DNA of 64,000 nucleotides from Candidatus Yanofskybacteria bacterium (lineage in GTDB: Bacteria > Patescibacteriota > Minisyncoccia > 2-02-FULL-40-12 > IGHO2-12-FULL-4), in contig JACPNK010000006.1 in the NCBI GenBank assembly GCA_016185525.1, positions 22,728-86,727 of the forward strand. The letters run 5' to 3'. A model generated the notes under the pieces. The model was not told where the DNA came from. It searched no databases and saw nothing but the letters and a program-made list of their open reading frames with translations. A program made the translations under genes and the position numbers. Shown in pieces: positions 60,361 through 64,000 of the stretch; the stretch's first letter is position 1, and each line of letters begins with the position of its first letter.

Positions 60361-62181
60361 ATGGAAGACAATGTCCAAAAAATAAAGGAGAGGGTGGATA
60401 TTGTTGACCTCATTTCCGGTTATTTAAAACTTCAAAAGGCGGGTGTTAACTACAAAGCCAGATGCCCGTTTCATAGTGAGAAGACGCCTTCCTTTTCAGT
60501 TTCTCCGGAGAGGCAGATTTGGCATTGTTTTGGTTGCGGCAAGGGTGGCGACCACTTCACTTTTATAGAAGAAATTGAAGGAACTGACTTTCCGGAAGCT
60601 CTAAAAATGCTGGCAAAAAAAGCCGGCGTTGAGCTTCGTGATTTTGACCGTTCTTTCCAAAACGAAAAAACCAAGTTGCTGGAAATTTGCGAGTTGGCAG
60701 CCAAATTTTTTGAAAAACAGCTTTGGCGTTCTAACGTCGGACAAAAAGCCCTTGCTTATCTTAAAGAGAGGGGAGTGCAAGATGATTTTATAAAAAATTT
60801 CAGGTTGGGTTTTGCGCCGGAGTCATGGCAGAGTCTAAGCGATTTTTTAAACAGCAAAGGCTATCGGAATCAGGAAATTTTTGAATCAGGAATGTCTATC
60901 CGCCGCGAATCCAGAGACGGATTTTATGACCGCTTTCGTTCAAGGATAATTTTTCCAGTAACTGACGCCAATGCTCAAGTTGTGGGTTTTACCGGAAGGA
61001 TTTTTCCCGACCAAAAAGATAAAGACTCCTCGGATTTTAAAGAAGCAAAATACATCAATACGCCGCAGACGCCAATCTACGACAAAAGCAAAATTCTTTA
61101 CGGTTTGGATAAGGCAAGAAGCCAGATAAAAAAGGTTGACCAGTGTCTGGTGGTGGAGGGCAACATGGATGTGGTTTTGTCTCACCAGGCAGGAGTTGTT
61201 CACGCGGTGGCTTCTTCAGGAACGGCGCTGACCGACCAGCATCTTAAAGTCATTAAGCGATTTACCAATAATCTTAATCTGTGTTTTGACCAAGATTCGG
61301 CCGGCTCAAACGCAACCGAGAGAGGAATTGCTTTAGCTCTTGAAAATAACTTTAACGTTTCAGTTTTGGGTATAGATGATCCGGAGTGCAAAGATCCTGC
61401 CGACTTTGTAAAAAAATTCGGATTGAAGTGGCGGGAACAAGCAAAAAACTCCAAACCCCTGATAGAGTTCTATATAGAGCATTCTTCCAGATTGTTTGAT
61501 TCCAGTACGGCTGTCGGTAAAAAAATGATTGCCGATAAAGTTTTGCCGTTTATAAAGACCATACCCAATGAGATAGAAAGGTCGCATTGGGTCGGTGATT
61601 TGGCGGTCAGGCTGGCGGTTAAAGAAGAAACCCTGATACGGCAGATGGAAACGATGCAGAACAAGTTGTCGGACGCCAAAACAATTTCAAGCGTTTCCAA
61701 CAAAAAAGAACATTTTTTTGAGTCGGCAAGTTTTGACCTGCTGGAGGAATACTTAATTTCTCTGCTGATGCTGAAACCGCAACTGGCTTCCGGCGCGGAC
61801 CAGCAGAAAATTGGCTTTTTTTCTGATAAACTGGCAACGATTTTTTCCGCTCTCGCCGGCTATCTGAACGAAAAACCTTTTGAAAAAGCCATTGATTATA
61901 TTTTACAAAAATCTGCGGATAAAAATTTGGGGCTTGAGAAGATGTATTTAGAAAAATTATATTTACAAGCCCAAGAAGTTAACTTTGATGACAAGATGCT
62001 GGCCGAAGACTTTGATATGGCACTAAAGAGGCTTCAAGAAAGAAAGGTAAAAGCCAAAATGGTTGACCTGGAGTTGGCCATCAAGAAAGCCCAAAAAGAA
62101 CAAAATAAAGACCTGACAGCAAAATTAATAAACGAAGCCCAGATCACAGCCAGTTTTTTAAATAGCGTAAAGACAATATAA
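60361..62181 (+). CDS. dnaG: DNA primase
   Basis: Zinc-binding CPFHSEKTPSFSV...CFGCGKGGD; TOPRIM EGNMDV. Confidence 0.92.
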   Translation: MEDNVQKIKERVDIVDLISGYLKLQKAGVNYKARCPFHSEKTPSFSVSPERQIWHCFGCGKGGDHFTFIEEIEGTDFPEALKMLAKKAGVELRDFDRSFQNEKTKLLEICELAAKFFEKQLWRSNVGQKALAYLKERGVQDDFIKNFRLGFAPESWQSLSDFLNSKGYRNQEIFESGMSIRRESRDGFYDRFRSRIIFPVTDANAQVVGFTGRIFPDQKDKDSSDFKEAKYINTPQTPIYDKSKILYGLDKARSQIKKVDQCLVVEGNMDVVLSHQAGVVHAVASSGTALTDQHLKVIKRFTNNLNLCFDQDSAGSNATERGIALALENNFNVSVLGIDDPECKDPADFVKKFGLKWREQAKNSKPLIEFYIEHSSRLFDSSTAVGKKMIADKVLPFIKTIPNEIERSHWVGDLAVRLAVKEETLIRQMETMQNKLSDAKTISSVSNKKEHFFESASFDLLEEYLISLLMLKPQLASGADQQKIGFFSDKLATIFSALAGYLNEKPFEKAIDYILQKSADKNLGLEKMYLEKLYLQAQEVNFDDKMLAEDFDMALKRLQERKVKAKMVDLELAIKKAQKEQNKDLTAKLINEAQITASFLNSVKTI

Positions 62182-62193
62182 AAATAAAACAAA

Positions 62194-63417
62194 ATGCCTA
62201 AAACCAAAAAAATAAAAAATAAAAAACCTTTGAAAAAAAAGAAACCTGCCAAGGCCAAAAAAGCCAAGTTTCATGTTTCAAAAAAACAGAGCAAGCCAAA
62301 GGCAAAACCGGCAAAAAAACCCGCCAAAGTTAAGGTTCCCAAGGAGTTGATTAAAGAAGAAGACATTTTAAAGTTGATTGAAAAGGGTCGTCATCGCGGT
62401 TTTGTTACCGAGTCGGAAATTATGCACACCTTTCCGCATATTGAAAAAGATATTGAGGGATTGGAGAGGCTGTACGAGAGGCTGGAGTCTTCAAACATCA
62501 ACATTATTGAAACGGGCAGAGTCTTTGAACAGGATCGGGCTAAAGAATTTGAGGAAAAGAAAAAATTGGAAACCGAACTTGGCGATATTTCTTCAGACTC
62601 GGTGCAAATGTATTTGCGGGAAATTGGCCAATATCCGCTTTTGCGGGCCGAAGAGGAAGTTGACTTGGCTAAGAAGATTTTAGAAAGCGACGAAGCGGCC
62701 AGACAAAAACTTATTTTATCCAATTTGCGTCTGGTGGTTTCAATCGCTAAAAAATATATCGGGCGTTCGGCAAATTTAACTCTTTTGGATTTAATCCAAG
62801 AGGGTAACATCGGTCTTTCAAAAGCCGTTGAAAAATTTGACTACAAAAGGGGCTACAAATTCTCAACTTATGCAACTTGGTGGATCCGGCAGGCTATTAC
62901 CCGCGCTTTGGCAGACCAGGCCAGAACCATCCGTATTCCAGTGCATATGGTTGAAACGATAAACAAGTATCAGCAAGTGGTCAGAAGGTTGGTGCAGGAT
63001 TTGGGGCGGGAGCCTTTGCCGGAAGAAGTCGCTATGGAAATGGGGATGGATATAGACAAAATCAGGCATATTATTAAAATTTCCCAAGATACAATTCCTT
63101 TGGAAACTCCGGTGGGCGATGACGACGAAGACAGCATGCTGGCGGATTTTATTCCTGACGAAGACAGCATCTCGCCGGCGGTTTCAGCGGCGCGCAGGAT
63201 TTTGAAGGATCATCTGGTTGAGATTATTGCTGACCTGACTCCGCGTGAACAAAAAATTCTTGAGATGAGATTTGGCTTGAATGATGGCGTTCTGCATACT
63301 CTTGAAGAAGTCGGCAAAGTTTTTGCCGTTACCCGCGAACGCATCCGACAAATTGAAGCGAAGGCGTTAGAGAAAATCAGACAGCATCATAAGGCGGAGA
63401 AGCTTAAAGGCTATTAG
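62194..63417 (+). CDS. rpoD: RNA polymerase sigma factor RpoD (sigma-70) with lysine-rich N-terminus
   Basis: Regions 2-4: [38 protein letters not shown]. Confidence 0.92.
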   Translation: MPKTKKIKNKKPLKKKKPAKAKKAKFHVSKKQSKPKAKPAKKPAKVKVPKELIKEEDILKLIEKGRHRGFVTESEIMHTFPHIEKDIEGLERLYERLESSNINIIETGRVFEQDRAKEFEEKKKLETELGDISSDSVQMYLREIGQYPLLRAEEEVDLAKKILESDEAARQKLILSNLRLVVSIAKKYIGRSANLTLLDLIQEGNIGLSKAVEKFDYKRGYKFSTYATWWIRQAITRALADQARTIRIPVHMVETINKYQQVVRRLVQDLGREPLPEEVAMEMGMDIDKIRHIIKISQDTIPLETPVGDDDEDSMLADFIPDEDSISPAVSAARRILKDHLVEIIADLTPREQKILEMRFGLNDGVLHTLEEVGKVFAVTRERIRQIEAKALEKIRQHHKAEKLKGY

Positions 63418-63638
63418 CCTTTAAGCTTCGGAGTCCAGCCCTTTCTAAGACTTTAAAGAAAGAGCTGTGGCAGATAAGCTTAAGGGATATTAGTGAAATT
63501 TCTAATTTCCCCGTAAAGGGCCAGTGGCCCCACGGGGCTTTACTGGCTAATTAACCTAATTTCTAAATTCTAAACGAACGCCTATTTGTAAAAACACTGA
63601 AAATAGCGTAAATTTGTCTTAGTTTGAAAATTAAATAT

Positions 63639-63910
63639 TCCCCGGTAGCTCAGCGGTAGAGCGGCTCGCTGTGAAATAACGCAGCTACCTAGAGAAATCT
63701 AGGATGAAAAACTTTGGGATAACGGTGAAACCTTTTTTAAAATGGTAACACCGTGGGAACCACGTAAAATGCTAAGGCATCACGTGGGCGCCGTAGAGAC
63801 TAGATACCGAAGCACCCAACAGTAGGGTGGTGATATAGTCCATCCCACTACGAAAGTAGTGGACAAATGTAACGAGAAGGTCGTAGGTTCGATCCCTACC
63901 CGGGGAGCCA
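63639..63910 (+). tRNA. tRNA (tentatively Asn, anticodon GUU after splicing) interrupted by a group I intron
   Basis: 5' exon TCCCCGGTAGCTCAGCGGTAGAGCGGCTCGCTGT; 3' exon TAACGAGAAGGTCGTAGGTTCGATCCCTACCCGGGGAGCCA; acceptor halves pair perfectly. Confidence 0.6.
63673..63869 (+). ncRNA. group I intron (197 nt) in the tRNA anticodon loop
   Basis: Follows a U in the exon and ends in G; contains the R-like GTAGAGACTAGA and S element GATATAGTCC. Confidence 0.55.
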
Positions 63911-64000
63911 AAAGTTGACACAGTACAGTTTTAGTGTTACTGTACGATCAGTTCTCGTTAGATTAAAGTCAAAAATAGGGTGCAAATGAAAAAATCTATC

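Overview
This 64 kb window is a low-GC (about 40%) bacterial chromosome segment. It looks like a small-genome, CPR/Patescibacteria-like organism, judging by a compact rpoB and rpoC, a short UvrC, an insertion-bearing 5S rRNA and a group I intron inside a tRNA gene. TGA is used as a stop codon (for example the HAD hydrolase gene at 25671-26477 ends in TGA), so the code is standard. The core genes are: 23S rRNA 3' end and an expanded 5S rRNA; FtsW/RodA; rpoB-rpoC; FtsK; RecA; rpsF-ssb-rpsR; ychF; trpS; RNase J; SecG; UvrC; a MoxR/DUF58/vWA/TPR (Bat-like) operon; groES-groEL; pyrG; murD; dnaG; rpoD; three or four tRNAs. The main accessory content is a diversity-generating retroelement (DGR). It comprises a reverse transcriptase with the IGxxxSQ and YADD motifs (21233-22177), an Avd-like four-helix-bundle gene, and a TR1/VR1 pair whose mismatches fall almost only on template adenines, diversifying the C-terminus of a GC-rich target gene. 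The whole cassette sits in an island flanked by about 143 bp direct repeats that duplicate the ychF promoter and the first 6 codons of ychF. A second, RT-less TR2/VR2 pair (also adenine-specific, on the minus strand) lies 6 kb away at the 3' end of another GC-rich gene. Its TR-downstream hairpin and CCAGCCGCC motif resemble those of TR1, which suggests one RT serves two different templates. Further right, a large serine recombinase sits next to tRNA-Leu. Three att-like sites there share a GGTGC core that coincides with the tRNA 3' end, outlining a roughly 2.8 kb integrated mini-element that carries an inverted attP-like site internally. Other notable items: a ~185 nt structured RNA-like element present twice (after rpoC and after recA) with compensatory base changes; a frameshifted Fic gene; a (CCAA)24 microsatellite; a G10 tract between avd and the RT; recurring GAGGACNGTCCTC palindromes; and a dispersed TTAGAAAT-containing 20-mer.
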